A stretch of DNA of 59,941 bases from Gammaproteobacteria bacterium. Its GTDB lineage: Bacteria; Pseudomonadota; Gammaproteobacteria; SZUA-152. The first letter of the stretch is position 1. Each line of letters opens with the position of its first letter. The DNA lies in the NCBI GenBank assembly GCA_022627515.1, contig JAKEGK010000053.1, positions 1-59,941 of the forward strand, written 5' to 3'. Positions 17,797 through 26,555 of this stretch are shown here, in pieces. The notes below the pieces were generated by a model. The model was not told the DNA's origin, did not search any database, and worked only from the letters and a program-made list of their open reading frames with translations. A program made the position numbers and the translations under genes.

Positions 17797-18696
17797 ATGA
17801 TAAGGACTCTAACCTGGCCGCCGGAATTGGCGAAACCCGCCGGCGCAACCCACTGGCAACACGCCAACAGCAATATCAGCCTGGATTTCCATGGTGATCC
17901 GCTTGCTGCACATCTTACTGTATTTTCAGACGGTAATCATCACATGGCGTTACAGGAAACAGTGGAATTGTTTCTGCGCCTGCATCCCGCTGCCGAGGAT
18001 GTGTTTTATGCGACCACGCCGCCCAACATTTTGACGGCCTACCTGGAACACGGCAGATTGCAACTTGGTAATCTGCTTCTCTCCCGGATGCCGCACGTTT
18101 TCATCAGCCCCGCGAACGTGATGAATCAACTGGTCAAGAAAGGTTTTATCAGCAGTCACCGCGCTTTTATGCAAAGTAGTGGCAACGTGTTATTGATCAC
18201 CAAAGACAATCCCAAAAACATCAGCGGCCTCACCGACCTGCTGCGGGATGATGTGAAGTTATTCATATCCAATCCGCAAACGGAAAAAGCCAGCTTCCAG
18301 GTTTATCGTGACACGTTGTTGGGATTGGCGCGGGAGCAGGGATTGGATACGAAACGATTGGAACAAAAGCTGGAGCCGGGCAGCAGCACAACGGTTTTTG
18401 GCGAATGCATACACCACCGCGAGGCGCCGCAGGCGCTGTTTGCGGGCGGCGCGGATGTAGCCATGGTGTATTATCATCTGGCGTTGCGTTATACGCGAAT
18501 CTTTCCCGGGCAGTTTGATTTTATTCCCTTGGGCGGCAGCAAGGCTGCGCCGGCGCCGGGTCCTACCAATGTGACCACGGCTTATCACGCCGGTTTATTG
18601 AATGATCCTGGCGCGTGGGGTCAATTGTTTCTGGATTTTCTGTTCAGCAGCCGTGTAACCAAAATTTATCAGTCGCATGGTTTGCGGCGCCCGTGA
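17797..18696 (+). CDS. Periplasmic-binding-protein-fold (ModA/PBP2-like) protein without a signal peptide
   Basis: About 300 aa with the alternating pattern of type-2 binding proteins (VFSDGNHHMAL..., NPQTEKASFQVY, ADVAMVYYH). The N-terminus MIRTLTWPPELAKP is not hydrophobic. The family assignment is tentative. Confidence 0.6.
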   Translation: MIRTLTWPPELAKPAGATHWQHANSNISLDFHGDPLAAHLTVFSDGNHHMALQETVELFLRLHPAAEDVFYATTPPNILTAYLEHGRLQLGNLLLSRMPHVFISPANVMNQLVKKGFISSHRAFMQSSGNVLLITKDNPKNISGLTDLLRDDVKLFISNPQTEKASFQVYRDTLLGLAREQGLDTKRLEQKLEPGSSTTVFGECIHHREAPQALFAGGADVAMVYYHLALRYTRIFPGQFDFIPLGGSKAAPAPGPTNVTTAYHAGLLNDPGAWGQLFLDFLFSSRVTKIYQSHGLRRP

Positions 18697-18755
18697 CAAT
18701 GCGATTTGAAAACTGTTGCTTCGGCTTTTTATATTGATGTTCTTTAAAAGTGCCG

Positions 18756-21143
18756 TTATTTAAATGTAATAAACATCGCCGAGGTCCACACCTTGCCGTC
18801 GTCAATTTGCCGTGCTGCGATATACACCGGGCGGAAACCATGCGGTCCGTTATGGGGATCCACATCGATGGTGCCGGACACATCCCGTGGCATGGATTTG
18901 CCGCTTAAACGCTCCAGCGCCAAAAACAATTCGGTGCCGCCCAGCTCCTTGCGCAACGCACCGGCATCCAGCAATTCCCTGCCGTTGATCTCCCAACTGA
19001 ATGATGGGCAATGCACAAACGGATTGCCATCCAGCGGATTGCCCACCTTGACATAACCATCAATGGTACCTTCAATGCGGATAATGCATTGTTCCAGATT
19101 GCTCACATCCAGGTCGATGGCATCGGCATCACCATAGGTGTCAGAACGAAAGCGGATCGTTGTGGGCGAAACCCGGCCGCAGGTTTCTTCACCGTGTTCG
19201 AAACCGTGGGCGTTAAAACTGTTGACGATGCCATTGGTAATCGTGATGGCGCCTTTCCAGTCCGCCCACCGGTAGCGGTCCTTGATGCGCGCGCCACCCC
19301 AGCGTAACCGGATGCGCCGCCCGGAATAACCATATTCTTCCTGTAAATTGCGGCGCCAGAAACACCCGTTATGATCATACGCCGCAATTTCATCCCAGCC
19401 CGCATCACCCAGAAACCGGTAATGAATTTCGGCGCTGCCGGTGCAAGTAAATTCATCACCCTGAATGTATTTGCCGCATGTTGTAAGGCCTACCAGACGT
19501 TCGCCGGTCGTGGCCCAGGTGTGCCGCGCGCGCAGCGCCTTACCAATGGTGGCGCGATCCAGTTTTTCAGCCACGATACCGGTAATACCACCCTTGGTGC
19601 CGAATACCGCCGTGCCAGGCACGCCACCGCCACAGCGGCCACGGTGTTCATCGCCATTAGCTGACGCTCCGAGCTTATAACCGCGGCGCATGACGTCTTC
19701 ATATAACCAGGGAAAATGCCCCCAAGCCGATTCGATTTCCACCAGTTTTTCAAGCACCGGGTGATGCCAGTCCATATTGCAGCGCCGGCCGCCCACATGC
19801 GGCATCAACAGGTGGCCTTCCGGATCTTTGATATACGTCGCCCACAATTCTTCCAGCGGCCAGGCGCCGGGTTCGATCTGATCGCCGGTCATGTCTTCAT
19901 TCCATTCAAAGGAACGGCATACATTTCCATCGCGGTCAAATGGGAACTCCGGTGTGCCGCCGTGCAGAAACACGACGTTGTGATCACCACCGGCGCAGGA
20001 ATTACCGCACCATTCTGTGCCGGGATAACACACAAATTCTCCGTTTTGATTTAACTCGTTAATAAGTTCGACAGCCTTGTCCCAACGCTGTTTGGTGATC
20101 TGAAAATCATTGGCGGTATAACCCAGCACATCGAGGCCCACCACATCGCGGCCGTAGCTCAGGTTGTATAAGGTATCATTTGTACCCACGGTATCATCGG
20201 AATGCACATGCAAGTCGGCGAAATAGTTGCGGGCGAAAGATAATCCGTTCTCCAGACTAATATAGAACCACGCGTCGGGCACCCGCGGGTGCTGCGTCAG
20301 CCTCGCGCGGATTTCCATTTCTCCGGCCGTATTGGTGGGCAAATCGGAAATACTGGCTATGGCCCAGCCTTGCGCATTTAGCGTGATAAGGTTTTCATAC
20401 ACCGTCTTGCCCTCGGCAAGGCCGGTTATCTTTACCGCATCGCCGCCCGTGTTCCAACAGGTGTTGCCCCAGTTATCTTCCGCGCGGATGCGCAGGTTAA
20501 GTTTTTCTCCTGTGCGCACCAGGCGCGAGGCGGACATCATGAGTCTGGCGGGCGCGCCAGGCACGATATCAAACACAATATCTCCGGGAATAGCGCAAAA
20601 CCGGGACGTACCCAGTGGGTCGACGTAGCAACGAAAACGGAAATCTTTTTCTACAAATGTCTGCACGCGGGTGCCGGGACCGCCAAAACGGCGGTCACCC
20701 AGGCGAATGATTATGTGGTCACCCGGTTTTAAAAAACCATCTACGGTATCCACAATGACGGCCTTTTGAAACGGACGTTCATGTCCTTTTTGATCAAAAC
20801 GTACTTTTAATGATTGTACTGTTGCGGGGCTTTGGCCTTCCACCAGTGGCCCCGCCTGATATTCAGCGGAAACATAGTTGGCGCCCGCGGGATCGCTGGT
20901 CTGAAATAATGCCCAGTCAGAATAGAATTTAAACGTGGCTTTTAGCCACGCGCCATCGGCAATACCGGAAGCACCCACTTCATAATCCAATACAATTTCA
21001 TGCCAGCTGCCGGCTTCCAGCTTTTCAATATAACAGGTGACCTTGCCAAGAAATGGCGTGTCCTTGGTTTTTGCATACAAGCCTTCAGGAGCGATATAGT
21101 CGCCAAGAATTTTTTTTAATTGCGCATCAGACAATTTTTTCAT
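18756..21143 (-). CDS. Large cytoplasmic PHP-superfamily / DUF3604-like metal-dependent hydrolase (three-part, 795 aa)
   Basis: ADLHVHSDD motif at residues 309-317 (nt about 20219-20193). Other motifs are EWCGN..GGDHNVVF, PHVGGRR, SANGDEHRG and GITGIVAEKLDRATIGKALRARHTWATTGERL. As I recall these match the DUF3604 pattern. The core is flanked by about 300 aa N-terminal and about 250 aa C-terminal regions I cannot assign. No signal peptide. Confidence 0.72.
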   Translation of the reverse strand: MKKLSDAQLKKILGDYIAPEGLYAKTKDTPFLGKVTCYIEKLEAGSWHEIVLDYEVGASGIADGAWLKATFKFYSDWALFQTSDPAGANYVSAEYQAGPLVEGQSPATVQSLKVRFDQKGHERPFQKAVIVDTVDGFLKPGDHIIIRLGDRRFGGPGTRVQTFVEKDFRFRCYVDPLGTSRFCAIPGDIVFDIVPGAPARLMMSASRLVRTGEKLNLRIRAEDNWGNTCWNTGGDAVKITGLAEGKTVYENLITLNAQGWAIASISDLPTNTAGEMEIRARLTQHPRVPDAWFYISLENGLSFARNYFADLHVHSDDTVGTNDTLYNLSYGRDVVGLDVLGYTANDFQITKQRWDKAVELINELNQNGEFVCYPGTEWCGNSCAGGDHNVVFLHGGTPEFPFDRDGNVCRSFEWNEDMTGDQIEPGAWPLEELWATYIKDPEGHLLMPHVGGRRCNMDWHHPVLEKLVEIESAWGHFPWLYEDVMRRGYKLGASANGDEHRGRCGGGVPGTAVFGTKGGITGIVAEKLDRATIGKALRARHTWATTGERLVGLTTCGKYIQGDEFTCTGSAEIHYRFLGDAGWDEIAAYDHNGCFWRRNLQEEYGYSGRRIRLRWGGARIKDRYRWADWKGAITITNGIVNSFNAHGFEHGEETCGRVSPTTIRFRSDTYGDADAIDLDVSNLEQCIIRIEGTIDGYVKVGNPLDGNPFVHCPSFSWEINGRELLDAGALRKELGGTELFLALERLSGKSMPRDVSGTIDVDPHNGPHGFRPVYIAARQIDDGKVWTSAMFITFK

Positions 21144-21199
21144 TCACGCGTCTCCGGGAGTCTCAAGCGTCATACGTCAAACTGAGTCAGGAAGTTTAA

Positions 21200-22156
21200 T
21201 CAGGTCAAGCGCCATACTTCATAACGCTTTTCTATCGGGCGGAATAACATGCGTTCAAAGATATAGGAAAATAATCCGATCATCGCAATACCCAGCAACA
21301 CCAATCGGGAGTTTCCCACTTCACCGGCGGTCTGCACCATATATCCCAGACCCACCGATGCGCCAATCATTTCAGCGGCGACCAGGGCGCGCCACGCCTG
21401 GCTAAAGCCAATGCGCAATGCGGCAGTGACAAACGGCAAACTGGCGGGAAGGTAAACATATAACAGCAACTGCCAACGCCTTGCACCCAGAATGCGCGCC
21501 GCGCGGACTTCCTGCCCCTGGATTTGCAGCACGCCTTCCATAATGGTGAGTATCATGGGGTTGACCGCTGAAATAAAAATGACGATGACAATGGTGGTAT
21601 AACCCAAACCAAAAATGATGACCATCAGTGGCGCCCAGGCAATCGGGGGTATGGCCATGAACAAACCGTTTAACGGCACGATGTATTCGCGGAAGCCCTT
21701 AAAAAAGCCAGCCAGAAATCCGAAAATCAGCGAGAAAACAATAGCGGCGCCAAATCCGCCTACCTCTTCCAGCAGGCTCCAGCCAACGTGCGGCCAGATT
21801 TCCCCGCGAAAAAAATGCTGCACTGCGGCAACCAGTTCCCCGTGACTGAGCAAGCGCCATGTTGTGACGCGTTCTTCTTCCGGAATTTCAACGATATTAC
21901 CGTCATCGTCCATGACTGTTTCCTGGGTGGGAAACAGCATTTCATTCCAGGCTTCGTCAAGCACTTCCCAGGGTTGGGGCAGAATGTAGGATTCAAATTG
22001 GGTGGCAACCAAAATCCAGGCCAGTAGCAGCGAAGGAATGGATAACCATGACCAGGAGGCGTAGCGGCGTAGAAATTCCAGAGGTGCGGTCATAAGCCCG
22101 GAAAATGACGATGTTGTTGATGCCGGTGACGAAACTTTTGCCGCAGGAACACTCAC
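21200..22156 (-). CDS. ABC transporter permease (NitT/TauT-like BPD family)
   Basis: Multi-TM protein with an EAA-type loop (AARILGARRWQLLLYVYLPASLP). The start (GTG 22156 or ATG 22093) is uncertain. Confidence 0.85.
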   Translation of the reverse strand: MSVPAAKVSSPASTTSSFSGLMTAPLEFLRRYASWSWLSIPSLLLAWILVATQFESYILPQPWEVLDEAWNEMLFPTQETVMDDDGNIVEIPEEERVTTWRLLSHGELVAAVQHFFRGEIWPHVGWSLLEEVGGFGAAIVFSLIFGFLAGFFKGFREYIVPLNGLFMAIPPIAWAPLMVIIFGLGYTTIVIVIFISAVNPMILTIMEGVLQIQGQEVRAARILGARRWQLLLYVYLPASLPFVTAALRIGFSQAWRALVAAEMIGASVGLGYMVQTAGEVGNSRLVLLGIAMIGLFSYIFERMLFRPIEKRYEVWRLT

Positions 22157-22288
22157 AGCTGTACTCCTTCCTGTTACGTTTTACGTTCAAGAGTTAACGA
22201 ATATCGAAAAATCTCTCTTTTTATTAGATAAAAAATGTGTAAACGACGGGCGGGCGGTCCTGATATTATTCTCAGGACCGCCGCTTTG

Positions 22289-23284
22289 TCATTTCATGGC
22301 TATGGCTTCCTGCATAAAGCTGTTGTCGACTATTTCCTCAACCGTCAGGCGCTTCTTGATGAATCCCAGTTCATAGGAATAATTCATCAGGCGCTGGATA
22401 AATTCCATATCCTCCTTTTTCAATTCGTATTCCCAGCCCAGACGTTCCCGGGCCATAGCGACGATTTCCGTAGGTCCGTGTTTTTTGCCATTAACATCAG
22501 TAACCTCCCCAAGGTTAAAGGCTTTGGCAATGATGCCGTTGCCGGCGTTGGGCTTGGAATTGAGGTATTCCACCGCTTGTTTATGCGCGCGCAGCACCTT
22601 GATTACTTCGGTGCGCTTATTTTTGAGTGTATCGGGCATCGCCATGACGATGTACCAGGGATACTTGGGCACGGCTTTGTTCATATCAAAAATCAGTTGG
22701 GTGTTGCCGCGGATCAGCGATTGCGACGTGAAGGGTTCCCAGATAAAAGCCGCGTTAACCACTTTCTCGTCAACCGCGGAATCCATATTGCCGGTGGGCA
22801 TGGATACTATTTCCAATTCTGTGTCGGGTTTCAATTTGGCCGCATCTCCCAGCACATAACCCCGCAGCAGCACATCCATGCCGCTGCCCTTGCGCACGCC
22901 GGCCATTTTTTTATTCTTAAGATCGCTCAACTGATTCACGCCAGAGTCCTTGCGAGAGATTACCGCCGCCTGGCCATAATTCACTTTTGCCAGAATGCGG
23001 CTTTCCAAACCGCGGGAAAACCAGTGATAGACCGGTGGTGCGCCAATATACGCCATATCCAGTTCGCCGGCGGACAATGCCTGATGCAGCAGAGGTCCGC
23101 TTTTAAATTCCTTGATCTCAACATCAATACCCTGTTCTTTAAAATAACCTTTTTCATTAGCAACCAGAACCGGAGCATTCGCCATGGCGTATACCCAGCC
23201 AATGCGAATTTTCTCTCCCGCATAACTGGTTAAAGAGAACATCATCATTAACGCGATAACTAAAATAACTTTTAATTTCGGCAT
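22289..23284 (-). CDS. ABC transporter substrate-binding protein (NMT1/THI5-like, NitT/TauT family)
   Basis: Signal peptide MPKLKVILVIALMMMFSLTSYA, then an NMT1-like body (IRIGWVYAMANAPVLVA..GYFKEQGIDVE). The start at ATG 23284 lies 9 nt after AGGGAG. Confidence 0.85.
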   Translation of the reverse strand: MPKLKVILVIALMMMFSLTSYAGEKIRIGWVYAMANAPVLVANEKGYFKEQGIDVEIKEFKSGPLLHQALSAGELDMAYIGAPPVYHWFSRGLESRILAKVNYGQAAVISRKDSGVNQLSDLKNKKMAGVRKGSGMDVLLRGYVLGDAAKLKPDTELEIVSMPTGNMDSAVDEKVVNAAFIWEPFTSQSLIRGNTQLIFDMNKAVPKYPWYIVMAMPDTLKNKRTEVIKVLRAHKQAVEYLNSKPNAGNGIIAKAFNLGEVTDVNGKKHGPTEIVAMARERLGWEYELKKEDMEFIQRLMNYSYELGFIKKRLTVEEIVDNSFMQEAIAMK

Positions 23285-23331
23285 AGCCTTCATCTCCCTG
23301 ACCAAAATGGCCTAATGATAAACGACATGAA

Positions 23332-24177
23332 TTATTCCAAAACTTCCGCGTGTTGTGCCAAACGAAGTTCCCGCATTTCTTCTTCACTTTGGGGACTTTG
23401 CGCGGTAACAACTGCGATATCCTCAATTAACTGCTTTTTATATTGCCAAAACAAATCCTTGGTGCGTGTGTTGGGTCCGCTGCGAGGCCGCGGCAACTCA
23501 TTTTCCATGATTTTGTAAATGCCGTGAGGCGGCCGGCCGCACACCACGATGCGATCGGACAGATAAACCGCTTCATCAATGTCATGGGTGATAAATAGGA
23601 CTGTTTGTCCCAGTTCGTCCCAAATGCGTAACAACTCGTCATTCATGGTTTCCCGCGTTATCGCGTCAAGCGCACCGAAGGGTTCATCCATTAACAATAA
23701 GGTGGGTTCCATGGCCAATGATCGCGCCAGTGAAACACGCTGTTGCATACCACCGGATAACCGCAACACCAAAAAATCTTCGAATCCCTTTAATCCAACC
23801 AGGTGGAAATATTTCAACGCCCTTTCCCGCCGCGCATCCGAGGGTATGCCGATCATACGTAAACCGAATTCGACGTTTTCAATGGCGCTTAACCAGGGAA
23901 ACAGGGTTGGTTGCTGAAAAACGTAACCGAGGTGGGTGTCTTCCGGGGCGATGGGCTGGCCGCGCAATCGCACACTGCCTTGTTCAGGCTGATAAAAACC
24001 AGACAATAAATTCAATAATGTTGTTTTACCACATCCCGAAGGACCGATAATGGATAAAAATTCACCGGGCTTAACGTTCAAATTGAGATTCAGAAAGATG
24101 GATAGTTTTCCACCGTAGGAAAAATTCACACTATCGATAACCAGATCCTCGCCACCGACGCGATCAATGTGTGACAA
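23332..24177 (-). CDS. ABC transporter ATP-binding protein (NitT/TauT family)
   Basis: Walker A GPSGCGKTT, signature LSGGMQQRV, Walker B LLLMDEPF. Confidence 0.92.
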   Translation of the reverse strand: MSHIDRVGGEDLVIDSVNFSYGGKLSIFLNLNLNVKPGEFLSIIGPSGCGKTTLLNLLSGFYQPEQGSVRLRGQPIAPEDTHLGYVFQQPTLFPWLSAIENVEFGLRMIGIPSDARRERALKYFHLVGLKGFEDFLVLRLSGGMQQRVSLARSLAMEPTLLLMDEPFGALDAITRETMNDELLRIWDELGQTVLFITHDIDEAVYLSDRIVVCGRPPHGIYKIMENELPRPRSGPNTRTKDLFWQYKKQLIEDIAVVTAQSPQSEEEMRELRLAQHAEVLE

Positions 24178-24430
24178 AAAGTTATCCTCCCCGGCTTGAA
24201 CAACAGCAGTTCATTAATTGTGCAATGTTGGAAAATGAAAGACTGTGATATTTGTTATGTAATAAACAGTCATTGTTAAACTAGACTAATTCCTTAACAG
24301 CGTTATTCTATAGAAGACTTTGCTGAAGTCTGTCGCGTATGCGACAGCTTTCGGCGGGATGTGAAAAAATACTTTTAAACCATAGGCGAAAGGTAACCCT
24401 ATTAACGTTCACCCCTTCAGGAGCAGCCGC

Positions 24431-25132
24431 ATGTATAAGGATGATGCATCGTTTGGCTTTCTGCAAAAACTTGATCAGAACGAACAGCGCTCACTGGAGG
24501 CAATTGCCACTTGTCTTAGTTTCAAAAGAAAGGAATATATATTCCAGGCCAACCTGACTAGTAATGCCATTTACGTCTTGGTTGAAGGGAGGGTGAAACT
24601 ATCCCGATTGTCAGCTCTGGGCCAGGAATGTATACAATGGTTTTGCTGTCCCGGAGAAATTTTTGGCTTGTCGCAAAACGTTTATGACTACGATAGTGGT
24701 TTGTATGCGCAAGCGTTGGCGCCATCCAAAGTATGGGCGATCTCAAGATATGAATTTAATCAGCTGCTGCTGGAAAAACCCAGGCTGGGACTGATCATCA
24801 TTGAACAGCTCAGCTCACGGGTCAGATCCCTGGGTAACCTGCTATTACATATAACCTGCGATAACGCCCACAGCCGCCTGGTTAATCTCCTGCATCGATT
24901 TGCCCAATTGTATGGCAGCCGCGCCGGGAATGAAATTTACATTGATATGCAATTAACGCATCAGGAAATAGCCGACATGATTGGCGTATGCCGGCAGACT
25001 GTTTCTACAATGATGGCTAATCTGAAGCGCTCAGGCATCGTATCCGCCGACAGGCGGGGAATATCCATAAAATGCCCCGCGTCGCTCGACAAACTTTTAA
25101 ATAGCAAGACATCGCCGGTCTTGGTTGGTTGA
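24431..25132 (+). CDS. Crp/Fnr family transcriptional regulator
   Basis: cNMP-binding-type beta-barrel (VLVEGRVKLSRLS..GQE) plus a C-terminal HTH (LTHQEIADMIGVCRQTVSTMMANLKRSG). It lacks the FNR N-terminal Cys cluster. It is divergent from the ABC operon. Confidence 0.85.
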   Translation: MYKDDASFGFLQKLDQNEQRSLEAIATCLSFKRKEYIFQANLTSNAIYVLVEGRVKLSRLSALGQECIQWFCCPGEIFGLSQNVYDYDSGLYAQALAPSKVWAISRYEFNQLLLEKPRLGLIIIEQLSSRVRSLGNLLLHITCDNAHSRLVNLLHRFAQLYGSRAGNEIYIDMQLTHQEIADMIGVCRQTVSTMMANLKRSGIVSADRRGISIKCPASLDKLLNSKTSPVLVG

Positions 25133-25286
25133 GCTGAAATGATTTGTTTTAATTCACTGGAAGCAATGTGACGCATTAATTACAGGGGGGTGGACGGATT
25201 AACTTAGGACGATTTCAAGTAATAAGAGCAATTAACTCACGCAGCGAGTAAATCTACACGCTGCGCCCGGTAATCACCAATGAATA

Positions 25287-26555
25287 CTATTTCCGCGCGG
25301 ATATCAGCGTCTGGGGTTTTTGCAGAGGCTGATGTTCCAGCTCGAGTAACCTGGAACCAGCCGCAACGCTGTGTTCGCAATGAGATGTTTTGGCGAGGCC
25401 TTCCCGGTAATACCGCATGGCCAATTCGCTTTCACCCATAGTTTCCAGCAGATGCGCCAGTTCATTATAAGTTTCCGCCGGCCCATTGGCCGCGACACTC
25501 GCTTCAAAATAACTCCGCGCCTTACCCCATAACCGGTTGCGCAAACATAGCCGCCCCAGGGTCAAGAGTAAAACCGGATCACTGCCTTCACGCTCAAGCC
25601 AGTGCTCAGCATACGCCAATTGAGCTCTGGGATCAGCGCCATCAATAACACCATATAAACGCACCAATTCACTGTTCCATTCCCGTTTTAATGCATTGCG
25701 AATCATAGGCTCCACAATATCACTGTTACCCAGATCCAGCAGCAGCTGAATATATGTCGTCAAAACCTCAATATGATTTTGCACGTGTTGTGGTATCCGA
25801 TACCAAAGATCCTGTAATTGTTTCGCCGATGCGGGCGGGTGAGGGGACAAAAAAGCTTTATAGGCACGGCGCTCCAACGTATCCAGTTCCCCGGCTGTAA
25901 ATACTTTACGGCGGCGCAATTGCGGAATCATGTCAATCAGGTTATTCCATTCCCCCATGTCAAGATAAAGATTGGCGAGGGTTTTTAACACGGTACGGTG
26001 CTGAGGATTCACCAGTTGCAATGTCCGTAAGGTTGCCAACGCCTGTTCTTGCTGGTGTTGGCTGAGCTGCAATTCCACCTGGGTGAGTTTGACACCAGCA
26101 TCGTTGACACTGGCATTTTGCCCCGCCAATTTCAGATAACGATCCCGGCGATCGTATTCATTGAGCTCGTGAGCAGCGCGCGCAGCCGCCAGGTAATTCA
26201 GCATCGGAGCGCGGCTGTCATTGATATGTTTCAGCACATCTTTCTCCGCCCGCCGCCAGTCACCTTCCGCCAGCTTAACGAGACCGTCCAGTAAAGTCTG
26301 GTTTGCGCGCTCCTGCCGGCGTTGCTCCCGCCAAATCTTCATACCCCTTGGCATTTGAAACAGGTTTGCCAGAAACCGCAGGGTATAATGGACGCTCAAA
26401 AACGCGATGATCAGCAACACTATCCACGTAACCAGCGAAGACTCAATCGTGTAACCCCGCGCGCTTATCAATACATAGCCCCTGTTTTCCATTGCCAGCA
26501 AGGTCAGGGAGGCCATGATAATAATGGTAATTAACGTATAAGAAAGCCACTTCAT
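25287..26555 (-). CDS. hemY: HemY-like heme-biosynthesis-associated TPR membrane protein
   Basis: Two N-terminal TM segments plus TPR-like repeats. It sits in the conserved position after hemC-hemD-hemX. Confidence 0.82.
   Translation of the reverse strand: MKWLSYTLITIIIMASLTLLAMENRGYVLISARGYTIESSLVTWIVLLIIAFLSVHYTLRFLANLFQMPRGMKIWREQRRQERANQTLLDGLVKLAEGDWRRAEKDVLKHINDSRAPMLNYLAAARAAHELNEYDRRDRYLKLAGQNASVNDAGVKLTQVELQLSQHQQEQALATLRTLQLVNPQHRTVLKTLANLYLDMGEWNNLIDMIPQLRRRKVFTAGELDTLERRAYKAFLSPHPPASAKQLQDLWYRIPQHVQNHIEVLTTYIQLLLDLGNSDIVEPMIRNALKREWNSELVRLYGVIDGADPRAQLAYAEHWLEREGSDPVLLLTLGRLCLRNRLWGKARSYFEASVAANGPAETYNELAHLLETMGESELAMRYYREGLAKTSHCEHSVAAGSRLLELEHQPLQKPQTLISARK

Noticed and set aside
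22235-23233. A 332-aa plus-strand ORF. Similar long antisense ORFs occur at 5743-6630 (+), 40177-40728 (-) and 2920-3417 (+).
   Set aside because: All lie entirely antisense to strongly supported genes (ABC binding protein, spoT, mnmE, recG). They have no domain signatures and are shadow frames.
24178-24430. A possible TPP (THI-box) riboswitch upstream of the NMT1/THI5-type ABC operon.
   Set aside because: Reading the minus strand, I find no CUGAGA element and no ACCUGAUCUGGAUAAUGCCAGCG-like pyrophosphate-sensor helix. Only a fortuitous GGGGUG is present.
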